Under the pieces are notes generated by a model, which saw nothing but the letters and a program-made list of their open reading frames with translations, did no database searches and had not been told where the DNA came from. Below, piece by piece: positions 37,131-45,369 of a DNA stretch of 64,000 nucleotides. Every line of letters begins with the position of its first letter. Position 1 is the first letter of the stretch. The translations under genes and the position numbers were made by a program. The stretch spans positions 874 through 64,873 of IMG/VR virus record IMGVR_UViG_640753022_000005. The stretch is one strand, 5' to 3'. Origin of the DNA: a virus.

Positions 37131-38594
37131 TTAGAAGAAGATTGCGCCTTTAGACTGGCCGCTTAGTTCGGTCATCGCCCATACCAGCGCATCAAGGCGG
37201 TCGGGTGACTTTTTGGAGGTGGTTGGCACGTACTCCATCTGCTGGTTTTCCAGTTGATAGAGATTGCCGCGATGGGCTACGCGCCCCTGTGCATACAGCG
37301 CTGATATTGGCTCAGCTCGCGCAAACTTACCCTTGCTCGCATGGACGCGGATAATGAGGTCTTTGAACCCGGCATTGCGGAGCGTGTCCTCTGCCATGTC
37401 GCCGCCCTGGTTGGTTTCAATCACAATCGCGTCGGCGTCATGCTGTTTGTAAGCGTCCATTGCACGCGTTGCCCAACCGTTAGGGGAATATTTGCCGCTG
37501 TAGTCGCCGTCGGCTGAATACTGTCGCTTATCTCCTGCACCGTATGAGCTGGCGGCCACAATCCCCGTTTCATCGCTCTCTTCGCTGTTTGTCGCTTGCG
37601 GGTCGATAGCGATAACCGTTCTGGATAGCTGCTCGGTGATGTTCAGGGCGCGCGCTGCTGCAATCATCTGCTCTGTCCACAGCGCGCCCTCTGCGTTAAA
37701 CCTGCGAGGGTTCTGCATGTACTGCGCTTCGGCCGTGCGACGATGAGAGAACAGCGCTGTGCGGTGGCTCTCGTTGTGCTTGAACGGCCAGAGCCAGCCA
37801 TCTGGCAAACCGTGCTCAATCGGTATGGCGTGACTGTTGTCCGGGTACTGCTCCTGATAAGAGCGGCTGTTGTCGATGATTACCGGAAGGTTCAGATGGT
37901 GCCACACCTCACCGCTACCACCTCGCAGCAGATAGCCGCTCAGGTCGTGATAGTGGATGCGCTGCATGATGACTATCATCGGCGTGGTCTCGATAGCCAG
38001 GCGTGATTTAATCGTCTCGTTGAAGCGGCTGTTTACGCCGTCACGGACAGTCTCTGAATAAGCGTCGTCGGGCTTAACGGGGTCATCGATAATCAGCGCG
38101 CCCTGCCAGCCTGGCTCCATATGCCCGGCACGGAAACCCGTTACCTGCCCTGCTGACGATGAGGCATACACGCCGCCGCCATACTCAGTCCACCACATCG
38201 CTTTACTGTCGGCATCGTCGCGCAGCTCCATAGGCCACATCGCCTGGTAGGCTTGCGACTTAATCATGCTGCGGGCAGTGGATGAGTTCAGAAGTGCGAG
38301 GTTGTGCGAGTAGGACAGGTGCATAAAACGGGCGCGCTTATTCAGCGCCAGACCACGACCCATCATGTTGATGGTAGCCAGTTCTGTTTTCGTGTAGCCA
38401 GGTGGAACGTTGATGATCAGCCTGTTAATCTCACCATCTATCACTCTGTCCAGCGTTTGCTGAATCACCTTGTGATGAGGTGCCACTATCATCTTGCCGC
38501 CAGTGCGCTGCTTGAAGAAGTAGCGGGCAAAGTAGAGACCGTCCTCTTCGCACTCTATCCGGCGCGCATAGTTCTTTTGCTCAGCAGTCGTCAT
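37131..38594 (-). CDS. terL: Terminase large subunit
   Basis: INVPPGYTKT (Walker A), IIDDP (Walker B), IDPQ, PDRLDAL. Confidence 0.95.
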   Translation of the reverse strand: MTTAEQKNYARRIECEEDGLYFARYFFKQRTGGKMIVAPHHKVIQQTLDRVIDGEINRLIINVPPGYTKTELATINMMGRGLALNKRARFMHLSYSHNLALLNSSTARSMIKSQAYQAMWPMELRDDADSKAMWWTEYGGGVYASSSAGQVTGFRAGHMEPGWQGALIIDDPVKPDDAYSETVRDGVNSRFNETIKSRLAIETTPMIVIMQRIHYHDLSGYLLRGGSGEVWHHLNLPVIIDNSRSYQEQYPDNSHAIPIEHGLPDGWLWPFKHNESHRTALFSHRRTAEAQYMQNPRRFNAEGALWTEQMIAAARALNITEQLSRTVIAIDPQATNSEESDETGIVAASSYGAGDKRQYSADGDYSGKYSPNGWATRAMDAYKQHDADAIVIETNQGGDMAEDTLRNAGFKDLIIRVHASKGKFARAEPISALYAQGRVAHRGNLYQLENQQMEYVPTTSKKSPDRLDALVWAMTELSGQSKGAIFF

Positions 38595-39138
38595 CCTCCA
38601 ACATCTCCCGCCGGGCAGCTTTGTATTCATCTTTCGTTAGCGCGGCCACTTCAATCGGGCCGCCGTTCTTACCGGTATGCTCGTGAGCGGCCTGCTCTTT
38701 GAAAGCCATCACGCTAATGTGTTTGCCGAGAAGCTCAAGATTCTTAACTTTGTCAGGCCACTTAATCTTCTTCAGTAAGGCAGCACTATCGGCGGCAGCC
38801 ATCTCTATGACGTCAATTCCCGATAGTGTTGTGCGCCAGACCTTAGGCCAGTCCTTAATCGGCTTGATTTCCCCGTTAGCCAGTAGGATGTCAGCGACGT
38901 CCATCTGGTCGATATCAAACAAGCGTTTCAGCACATAATCAGCATCAACCTCGACCCGATCATTGCGCTCTGCTTTAAGTTCGGAGATTCTGGACTGGAT
39001 GTTAAGTTTCGCTAAGTTTTGCGAGCCTTGTTCATTGGCGGTCTTTTCGCTGTACCCCGCCCGAATAGCCGCTTGCGTAGCGTTCAAATCGATGAGGTAC
39101 TCGCGACAGAACATTTCTTGCTTGTCGGTGAGTGCCAT
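38581..39138 (-). CDS. terS: Terminase small subunit (Terminase_2 family)
   Basis: LTDKQEMFCREYLIDLNATQAAIRAGYS; KVKNLELLGKH. Confidence 0.95.
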   Translation of the reverse strand: MALTDKQEMFCREYLIDLNATQAAIRAGYSEKTANEQGSQNLAKLNIQSRISELKAERNDRVEVDADYVLKRLFDIDQMDVADILLANGEIKPIKDWPKVWRTTLSGIDVIEMAAADSAALLKKIKWPDKVKNLELLGKHISVMAFKEQAAHEHTGKNGGPIEVAALTKDEYKAARREMLEDDDC

Positions 39139-39165
39139 GATTCTTCCTAGTTAAAAGGAGTTTTC

Positions 39166-39501
39166 ATGTCTACAGAATCACTTCTTGATGCGATGCTGCA
39201 ACATGATCGTTTTCATAATCAAAATACGATGGTTACCGGCATAGCCCAGAGAGCGGTTGATCATGGTTACGACAGCCTATCTGCAAAGCAAAAGGCCGTT
39301 TTGGAACCGTTTTTAACCGAGAAGTGTGATGGGGTTACTAACCCCGGCGGACATCATAATGATTGTCAGGCACTTCTTGAGGGCGATGAGTTAGAAAGCG
39401 CTGTTGAAAATGAAATGTATTATGGAGGACTTTTGTGTCCTTCCTGCGTTGACGAAAAAGAACGGTACAGGGCTGAATGGGAAAAGATTCAGCGTGAGTA
39501 A
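39166..39501 (+). CDS. Hypothetical antisense moron with Cys/His cluster
   Basis: AGGAG RBS; C..HH.C..CPSC. Confidence 0.65.
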   Translation: MSTESLLDAMLQHDRFHNQNTMVTGIAQRAVDHGYDSLSAKQKAVLEPFLTEKCDGVTNPGGHHNDCQALLEGDELESAVENEMYYGGLLCPSCVDEKERYRAEWEKIQRE

Positions 39502-39556
39502 TATATAGCTATGCTATTTGGCGGCCAGTTTTTGATTCGGTCGCCATAGTCATTCC

Positions 39557-39757
39557 TTACGATGTTTGTTCTTCGGCTTCAGGCTCAGGAACATATTCCA
39601 TCTCCTGCACGTTATCAGGTGCCAGGTATACCCATGAGCCGTCTTCGCGAGCGATGCCGATGAAGCCGTTAATAATCTCCGGCTGAGATCGCCTCATCAG
39701 ACCTTCATGGGTCTCGCCTGTTTTGGTTTTTACTGTGATGCGGTAGGTTTCCGCCAT
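39557..39757 (-). CDS. Hypothetical protein
   Basis: 66 aa with RBS. Confidence 0.6.
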   Translation of the reverse strand: MAETYRITVKTKTGETHEGLMRRSQPEIINGFIGIAREDGSWVYLAPDNVQEMEYVPEPEAEEQTS

Positions 39758-39808
39758 GTTTGCTCCAAAAATAAACCGCCCGGAGGCGGTTTGGTTACCA
39801 ACTTGAAA

Positions 39809-40024
39809 TTACTTCAGTGCATTTTGAATGGCATCAGCCAAGGGGGATACCAATTCGGCTACGTATTTAAGCTCTGCGTCAGTTCTTGCGCCAGTAGAAG
39901 CATCCGCGCCACCTACAGACGCCTTGGCTATTTCAAGTGCCGCCTGAACTGCAAGAAGTCTTTGCTTTTGCTCTTGCGTAACTCCGACTGGAGCTGACTG
40001 ACTGAAATAATCTTCCAACATCAC
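39809..40024 (-). CDS. Hypothetical protein
   Basis: GGAGG RBS; hairpin terminator at 39773-39792. Confidence 0.6.
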   Translation of the reverse strand: MMLEDYFSQSAPVGVTQEQKQRLLAVQAALEIAKASVGGADASTGARTDAELKYVAELVSPLADAIQNALK

Positions 40025-40130
40025 AACCTCCTTTCATATGTGGAGGCTACAGATTAGCGCCAAGAATGCTTTCAGTGAACAGGAATTCACCATTATCAAG
40101 CCCACCCGTAGATGAGCTTTGTAATGACTG

Positions 40131-40658
40131 TCAAAAGATATTCATATCAGTTACCACTGTACGGAGCTTGGTTAGTAATCCTGCTTTATACCCACCCCTA
40201 ACTGAGTAACCCCAAAATTCCTTCTGAAAATCATTCCATGCCGCGATTATCTTAGAGTCTTTTAATAGTGGCTCGCACATCATCCAGCGACGCTCAGCTA
40301 ATCTGTTTGCATCCACCATGTCTTGCTTAAGATAGAAAATTTCCACCTCTCGCTTTTCTGTTGCTGTGTTTATATTGCCTCTATCTATGACTGCGCGGGC
40401 TAAATTGACTTGTACGTGAGACCACTTATCCGGCATGGCATCCAGTGCATAAAGAAGCTCCACTGCGGCACTTTTGAAATCTATCATAATTTTAAGTGCC
40501 TCTTGCTGCTTCCATGTGTTTAAGGCCTTTCTTGCATAATACAGTGTGACCAAAGTTGCGACGGCGCTTGTTATAGCAGCAAGCATAGATCCGAAAGCCC
40601 AATACATATTAAGTTGTGTCGCAACCATCGTTTTATAGCTGATTAAGGTATCGCCCAT
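40131..40658 (-). CDS. Hypothetical protein with N-terminal TM
   Basis: GGAGG RBS before MGDTL; hydrophobic WAFGSMLAAITSAVATLVTLYY; AT-rich. Confidence 0.65.
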   Translation of the reverse strand: MGDTLISYKTMVATQLNMYWAFGSMLAAITSAVATLVTLYYARKALNTWKQQEALKIMIDFKSAAVELLYALDAMPDKWSHVQVNLARAVIDRGNINTATEKREVEIFYLKQDMVDANRLAERRWMMCEPLLKDSKIIAAWNDFQKEFWGYSVRGGYKAGLLTKLRTVVTDMNIF

Positions 40659-40756
40659 ATATCCTCCGGGAATGTAATGGGCGCATTTTAATACATTACC
40701 TGTGATGAGCTGCAATTTGTGATGAAAGCCGTTGTGAAAGAGGCTATCACCTCTTC

Positions 40757-41461
40757 TTAGGCTGCCTGGTCATCAAGCTTGTGGCCTGCCAGTAATGAGG
40801 CGATCCACTGGATACCACGCGGAGTGAACTTGGCCTGGGTGAATGCATGGCCGTTATTCTGGTTCTCTCCGGTTTTCATGGTGAAGCGACCGGCATCGAG
40901 ATGCTGAGCATAGGGTGTCAGTTTTCCGGCCAGGCGATACATGATGCCTTGCTCAATCAGGAACAACCGGAAGTCCGTTTCTTTCACCTTCAGCAGTTTT
41001 GCTGCTTCACGGAAGCCCATCGCGCCGGTTGCCTCGACGTAGTGATCAACGAATTCGACTTTAGGCGCGGCAATAGCGAGCTTGTTTTCCAGTTGGGCAT
41101 TCTGCTCTGCGAGGTCTGCTGCGAGGCGTAGCGCCTCTGGAAGCGTCTGCGGAATCTGCGGACCGTGCATCACTTTCAGCTTTGCCAGCACTGAGCGCCT
41201 TACAGCCTTTGACTCTCTCATGCCTACCAGCATCATCTGGTCAAAGTCGAGATCGTAATAAGCCGTTTGAGTGTGGTTATTGTTTAACCGGAATTTTTTT
41301 CCGGTTCCGTCCAGCTCCAGCTCATCCTCAATTTTTGCCAGAAACTTACGTGGCTCATGAGGGGTTTCGCCGGCTTCGACGCGGGCCGGGTTAATAATGC
41401 TATTCAGGAAGTCCAGGCTGCTCATGGACACTTCGCGTTCTACGGAGATCATATCTTTCAT
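40757..41461 (-). CDS. Antirepressor with KilAC (ANT) C-terminal domain
   Basis: PQTLPEALRLAADL..APKVEF..FREAAKLL..FTPRGIQWI. Confidence 0.9.
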   Translation of the reverse strand: MKDMISVEREVSMSSLDFLNSIINPARVEAGETPHEPRKFLAKIEDELELDGTGKKFRLNNNHTQTAYYDLDFDQMMLVGMRESKAVRRSVLAKLKVMHGPQIPQTLPEALRLAADLAEQNAQLENKLAIAAPKVEFVDHYVEATGAMGFREAAKLLKVKETDFRLFLIEQGIMYRLAGKLTPYAQHLDAGRFTMKTGENQNNGHAFTQAKFTPRGIQWIASLLAGHKLDDQAA

Positions 41462-41869
41462 GGCGATTACCTTTTAGAAAGTTGAGCCTGTTCGCACAGA
41501 AAAGCCGCCCCGAGATGGTCGCCACCATATACGGCAGTTCTCAGGCTCAGCTTTCTGAAAGACTCGGGAATGTTATGCGCTGCGACGCGCGTTTTACTGC
41601 GGACATAAAAAAGCCCCGCTATTGCGAGGCCGATATTGCTTTGTTGCTGATTGTGAATCTTCTTGGGGGTTGTCATGGTCGCAGGTTTCGCGATTCCTCA
41701 CGGAATGGCTAACCAACTTACGGCTTACCCGTCAGCACCTAGAATCTCTTGGCCGAGTAGGCACAGCCCATGATCAAGCCCACCGATGACAGGCTTTGTA
41801 ATAGGGGCAAAAGACACGCTTCCGGCAAGCTAGGCTATTTGTTACTCTATGCGCTAAGAGGAGATAGGT

Positions 41870-42166
41870 ATGCGTACTTATACAGTAATGGCTTTGATGC
41901 TTGTTTTTTTGATGGCTATATTTTCCGTTTTTGTGCCAGTGATAATATTTTTCAAAACAGCGCTTCTCGCGATCCTTGAGTGCTGGTTAAACCATTACAA
42001 ATACTCTTTAGTACCCGAAGTTTTGAAAGATTATTTCACACTGAATAAGATCCTGCGTCTCGTTGCTGCGGGCGCGTGGTGTGGATTTCTTATTTCCATA
42101 CCTATTTGCTGGAAATTATGGCGCTCAACTCCTAAATATGACCCGCTCGATAAATACTTCAAATAG
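41870..42166 (+). CDS. Two-TM membrane moron (antisense)
   Basis: GAGGAG RBS; two hydrophobic stretches; AT-rich. Confidence 0.6.
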   Translation: MRTYTVMALMLVFLMAIFSVFVPVIIFFKTALLAILECWLNHYKYSLVPEVLKDYFTLNKILRLVAAGAWCGFLISIPICWKLWRSTPKYDPLDKYFK

Positions 42167-42209
42167 TTACCTCTGGCACTGCGTTTTAATGTATTCCTGC
42201 AGATATCGA

Positions 42210-42449
42210 TCATTTAACCGCGTTATACCAAGCCTGCCAGCGGTACTTATCAAGCCTAAGCTGGCGCAGGCATTCAGTTGTCTCGACGTCCGCCTGCAAA
42301 TCAGCGTCACTGTTGGCTCCCGCATCACTTGCCTTGCATGGGGGCTGCATCAAATCCGCTGATGGAGTTGGCAGCGTCGATTGCACGCTGACGCAGCCGG
42401 ACAGACTCGTCATCAAAATCACAGCGGGTACGATTCGGATCTTGAACAT
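42210..42449 (-). CDS. rz1: o-spanin (Rz1-like lipoprotein)
   Basis: Lipobox LSGC, Pro-rich, overlaps Rz. Confidence 0.85.
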   Translation of the reverse strand: MFKIRIVPAVILMTSLSGCVSVQSTLPTPSADLMQPPCKASDAGANSDADLQADVETTECLRQLRLDKYRWQAWYNAVK

Positions 42450-42690
42450 ATCTCACCACGTCTCGCGTTATGGTTCGGTAGATAACCTTTCCCTCAATGG
42501 CAGCCTGCGCGCCTTTCTGCTCTTCAGCCTGAACGGCTTTAGCTGCCCTGTCTTTCTTCTTCGCAGCCAGTGAGTTGATGTGGTCAGCATGTGCGTACCA
42601 TCCGTTGCGGTATCTGATTTCGCCGTAACCAACGGCCAGCAGGGTCATAGATAAGATGACAATCAGGATTGTTCGCAGGCTAAAGGTCAT
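42325..42690 (-). CDS. rz: i-spanin (Rz-like)
   Basis: N-terminal TM plus coiled coil, after lysozyme. Confidence 0.85.
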   Translation of the reverse strand: MTFSLRTILIVILSMTLLAVGYGEIRYRNGWYAHADHINSLAAKKKDRAAKAVQAEEQKGAQAAIEGKVIYRTITRDVVRYVQDPNRTRCDFDDESVRLRQRAIDAANSISGFDAAPMQGK

Positions 42691-43174
42691 TTTCGCTTTC
42701 CGCCAGGCACATGGAGCGCTCTATCTCCCTTCGAGTTTGCAATCCTTTCCACTGCTTGCCGCCCGCCCATGTCCATTTTCGCAGCTCGTCGCAGGCTCCT
42801 TTTCTGTCGCCATTGTTGAGCTTTTTAAGCAACGTCGATGAGCGGAAGGCGCTTACCCCTACGTTGTAGGTGAATGAGTAGAGCGCGGCACGCTGGTATG
42901 CAGAAATGGGAACCTTAACTGAGGCATCCACGGCTTTGATAACCGGTTGCATGTGCTTGTTAAGGAGGTCATCGCATTCCTGCTTCGTGTAGACCTTGCC
43001 CATCTTCACGTCGGGGCCGGTGATGCCTGCACACACAGTAGGAATGCCGACAGGGTCGAGGTAAGGCTTGTACTTAACGCCTTCCTGGTCCTGTATCAGG
43101 ACGCCAGCGATAAATGACGCCCCGCCCGCCGCAGCTGCAACCAGTGCAGTTCGTAGTTTCGCTGGTATCTGCAT
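42680..43174 (-). CDS. Endolysin (GH24 lysozyme, SAR-type)
   Basis: Ala/Gly-rich N-terminus; EG..Y.D..GIPTVCAG catalytic triad. Confidence 0.95.
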   Translation of the reverse strand: MQIPAKLRTALVAAAAGGASFIAGVLIQDQEGVKYKPYLDPVGIPTVCAGITGPDVKMGKVYTKQECDDLLNKHMQPVIKAVDASVKVPISAYQRAALYSFTYNVGVSAFRSSTLLKKLNNGDRKGACDELRKWTWAGGKQWKGLQTRREIERSMCLAESENDL

Positions 43175-43182
43175 GGTTTCAC

Positions 43183-43473
43183 CTATTCAGCAAGCTCGGT
43201 GTCAATGTCTTTGACGATTTTGGCACCCTCGGAAATGTTCGTTACATCACCACGGGCATATGCAGCTTTGAGGATTTCAGTTCGCTTACGGTCTTCCTCA
43301 ATCGCTGCTTTGTTCTTTCGGTCGTTTGAACGATATGTCAGCCAGGTGAATGTCGCCGTTATGACAAATCCCAGGGCAAACAAAACATCCTGAAGTGTCA
43401 ACATGGCGAAGAATCCCGTTAGACCTGACCAGAAATACGACCAGAATCCGTTGTTGGTATTCATACGTAGCAT
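43183..43473 (-). CDS. Class II holin with dual-start motif MLRM
   Basis: Two TM segments, charged tail, upstream of the endolysin. Confidence 0.8.
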   Translation of the reverse strand: MLRMNTNNGFWSYFWSGLTGFFAMLTLQDVLFALGFVITATFTWLTYRSNDRKNKAAIEEDRKRTEILKAAYARGDVTNISEGAKIVKDIDTELAE

Positions 43474-43639
43474 TTCTCACACCTCCGATAATGGAAGTGC
43501 TGTGGTGTAGTTAGGAAAGGCCAGCGAGGCATCGGATGCGAGGGTTCATCTGTGATTGATTGCCTGTGGCCTAATACGAAAAAGGCCCGCCGAAGCGAGC
43601 CTTAAAATTTGTGTGAACTCATGATTCAATTCACGTTTT

Positions 43640-43658
43640 ATAAACCAAAATGGTTTAT
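43640..43658 (+). promoter_or_regulatory. Aca-type operator (perfect inverted repeat)
   Basis: ATAAACCA-AAA-TGGTTTAT overlapping a candidate -10 TATCAT, ~30 bp upstream of the acr start. Confidence 0.7.
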
Positions 43659-43688
43659 CATCTCTTCATCTTAACAAGAGGGAACATC

Positions 43689-43880
43689 ATGACTACTATC
43701 ACCATTAACACCTACTCACCGGATTCACGTTTCGACATGAGCAAAGAAGAAGCGAAAGAGTTTTTCGCTTTCGTTCAACGCAAGGCCGAGTCTCTCGGAT
43801 ATGACGTGGCGTTTGATGAAGCAATCTCAGTTGACGAAGAAAGCGAACGCTTCGTCGAAAAATGTTTCGCTGAGTTTTGA
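43689..43880 (+). CDS. acrIE8: AcrIE8-like anti-CRISPR protein (63 aa, acidic)
   Basis: MTTITINTY.P..RF.MS.EEAKEFFAFV...VDEESERFVEKCF matches AcrIE8 as I recall it; 15 D/E versus 7 K/R. Confidence 0.8.
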   Translation: MTTITINTYSPDSRFDMSKEEAKEFFAFVQRKAESLGYDVAFDEAISVDEESERFVEKCFAEF

Positions 43881-43889
43881 TCTGCGACT

Positions 43890-44045
43890 ATGCCGATCAA
43901 AGAGTACATTGAGAAGAACTTCCCGAGCCAGGCTGATTTCGCTTTAGCGTGTGGAGTGCTGCCTCAGCAGGTTACCAAGTGGATTAGCATGGGGTGCATA
44001 GTGCTCAACGGGAAGATGTACAGTCCGCGAAGAGATGTCCCCTAA
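43890..44045 (+). CDS. aca5: Aca5-like HTH repressor (51 aa, not in ORF track)
   Basis: MPIKEYIEKNFPSQADFALACGVLPQQVTKWISMGCIVLNGKMYSPRRDVP; directly after the acr gene. Confidence 0.7.
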   Translation: MPIKEYIEKNFPSQADFALACGVLPQQVTKWISMGCIVLNGKMYSPRRDVP

Positions 44046-44059
44046 CCCACCAAGTTAAG

Positions 44060-44090
44060 ATGTTCCCCGCTTCGGCGGGGATTTTGTTTT
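44060..44090 (+). terminator. Intrinsic terminator that also resembles a type I-E CRISPR repeat
   Basis: ATGTTCCCCGC-TTCG-GCGGGGAT-TTTGTTTT. Confidence 0.75.
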
Positions 44091-44104
44091 CTGCCGTCTG
44101 AATA

Positions 44105-44318
44105 TGTGTGGTGGCCGGTGCTGATCTCCGGCTTTGGCTTACCAACGTGGGCCGCATCGAATAATCGAATTGTCTTGCCGTAAGCCCAGAGATTACTCCC
44201 TTTCGCGCGCATCAGCCTGCGCATTCACCACAACAGGAAAGAGCACTGCATGACGTTTGCACGGACTTACGCCTTAGCGGGGCAGTCTCGGCGGTTCTCA
44301 ATGCTCTTACCTGTTGTG
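44105..44318 (-). ncRNA. Highly structured late-leader RNA region
   Basis: 20-bp stem 44229-44248 / 44299-44318 (18/20 complementary) plus further stems; non-coding. Confidence 0.4.
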
Positions 44319-44564
44319 CGCCCATTATTAATCACACCGGGCCAGTGCGCCGAATTTTTTAGCGGGGAATCGGAAGACCCCGTGATTTAAGGCTGTTAAG
44401 CCGCCATCAACATCAGATCATCGTTTGCATTTATCTTTGTGGTCAGTTTCTAAAAAGTCCGCAAAGTCGCTAACGTGACGAAAACTGGAAAGAGCACTGA
44501 CCCCATTGACCAGCCGGAACTATCCTGGATTACCAAGTCAATACCCTTACCGGATTTCGCCAAT

Positions 44565-44597
44565 AAAAAAGCCCCGAGCTATTAACTCAGGGCTTTT
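44565..44597 (-). terminator. tR'-like terminator
   Basis: Hairpin AAAGCCC(C/T)GAG inverted repeat with a T-run on the minus strand, ~100 bp after pR'. Confidence 0.7.
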
Positions 44598-44699
44598 GCC
44601 ATGCCAAGCCAGCATGCAGACTCTAAATATTATCTGCGGCCGGGTGGCGTGGACTTCAATTTGGGCTGCTCAGTTCGCTTTTGCTCCGAGCATACACAA

Positions 44700-44728
44700 A
44701 ATGTACTACTTCGATTTCGCGATTGCAA
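44700..44728 (-). promoter_or_regulatory. Late promoter pR'
   Basis: TTGCAA-17bp-TACATT just downstream of Q. Confidence 0.65.
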
Positions 44729-44751
44729 TGCTTTCGGAAAATATTTATTAC

Positions 44752-45369
44752 TTAAGCCGCCAATTGAGGAAATTCATTCTCAATTTCACGCCTCATTGCG
44801 AAAAATATTTCCGAATCGAGCACGTTCTCGCACCAGACAACACGACGCCGACATGACTGCACATCCATTCCGGTGACATGGCTCATCAGCTTAGCGATAT
44901 CTTGCGTGCAATTGCGGTGGCAATATCGCTTAATAGCTACATCGCGGACGGGGCTTTCACGGTGAAAGGTTTTAACCATTACGCGCTCAACAAACGCAGC
45001 ATCATCTGATTCTTTGGCGAGAGCGATGATGTTGCTGAATGAAGATTGCGGGATGACCAATTCGCGAGCTTTCTGATACAGAGCATCGCCCCGCAAGCCT
45101 TCTTCCTCGTATAGCCGCATGACAACGCTTTCTATCTGCTTAGCCTTATCATCGCTCCACTGGCTGCGGATCATCAGACGTCCGATAACGTTGATAGCCC
45201 CGGCGGGCGAATCGTCACCTGCATTAACTTTACCCCAGACCTGCAGCATGTAATGTACCCATGCTTTCTGGCGGGAGTTGATGGTTTTCTTCGGATGCTT
45301 CCATACGCGGCGGAAGTGCGCATCGTCGATGAAGTTAACCATGCCAAATACTGGTGTGAGTCTCTTCAT
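44752..45369 (-). CDS. Q: Late antiterminator Q-like protein
   Basis: Position after the nin region and before pR'/lysis; C-terminal HTH-like segment. Confidence 0.65.
   Translation of the reverse strand: MKRLTPVFGMVNFIDDAHFRRVWKHPKKTINSRQKAWVHYMLQVWGKVNAGDDSPAGAINVIGRLMIRSQWSDDKAKQIESVVMRLYEEEGLRGDALYQKARELVIPQSSFSNIIALAKESDDAAFVERVMVKTFHRESPVRDVAIKRYCHRNCTQDIAKLMSHVTGMDVQSCRRRVVWCENVLDSEIFFAMRREIENEFPQLAA

Noticed and set aside
43640-43647. ATAAACCA as a crRNA 5' handle mimic
   Set aside because: It is one arm of a perfect palindrome at the promoter, better explained as the Aca operator
44060-44090. CRISPR array
   Set aside because: Single repeat-like hairpin only; no second repeat or spacer series anywhere in the window
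44100-44560. Phage tRNA genes in the Q-holin interval
   Set aside because: No cloverleaf with TTCGA T-loop and CCA end found
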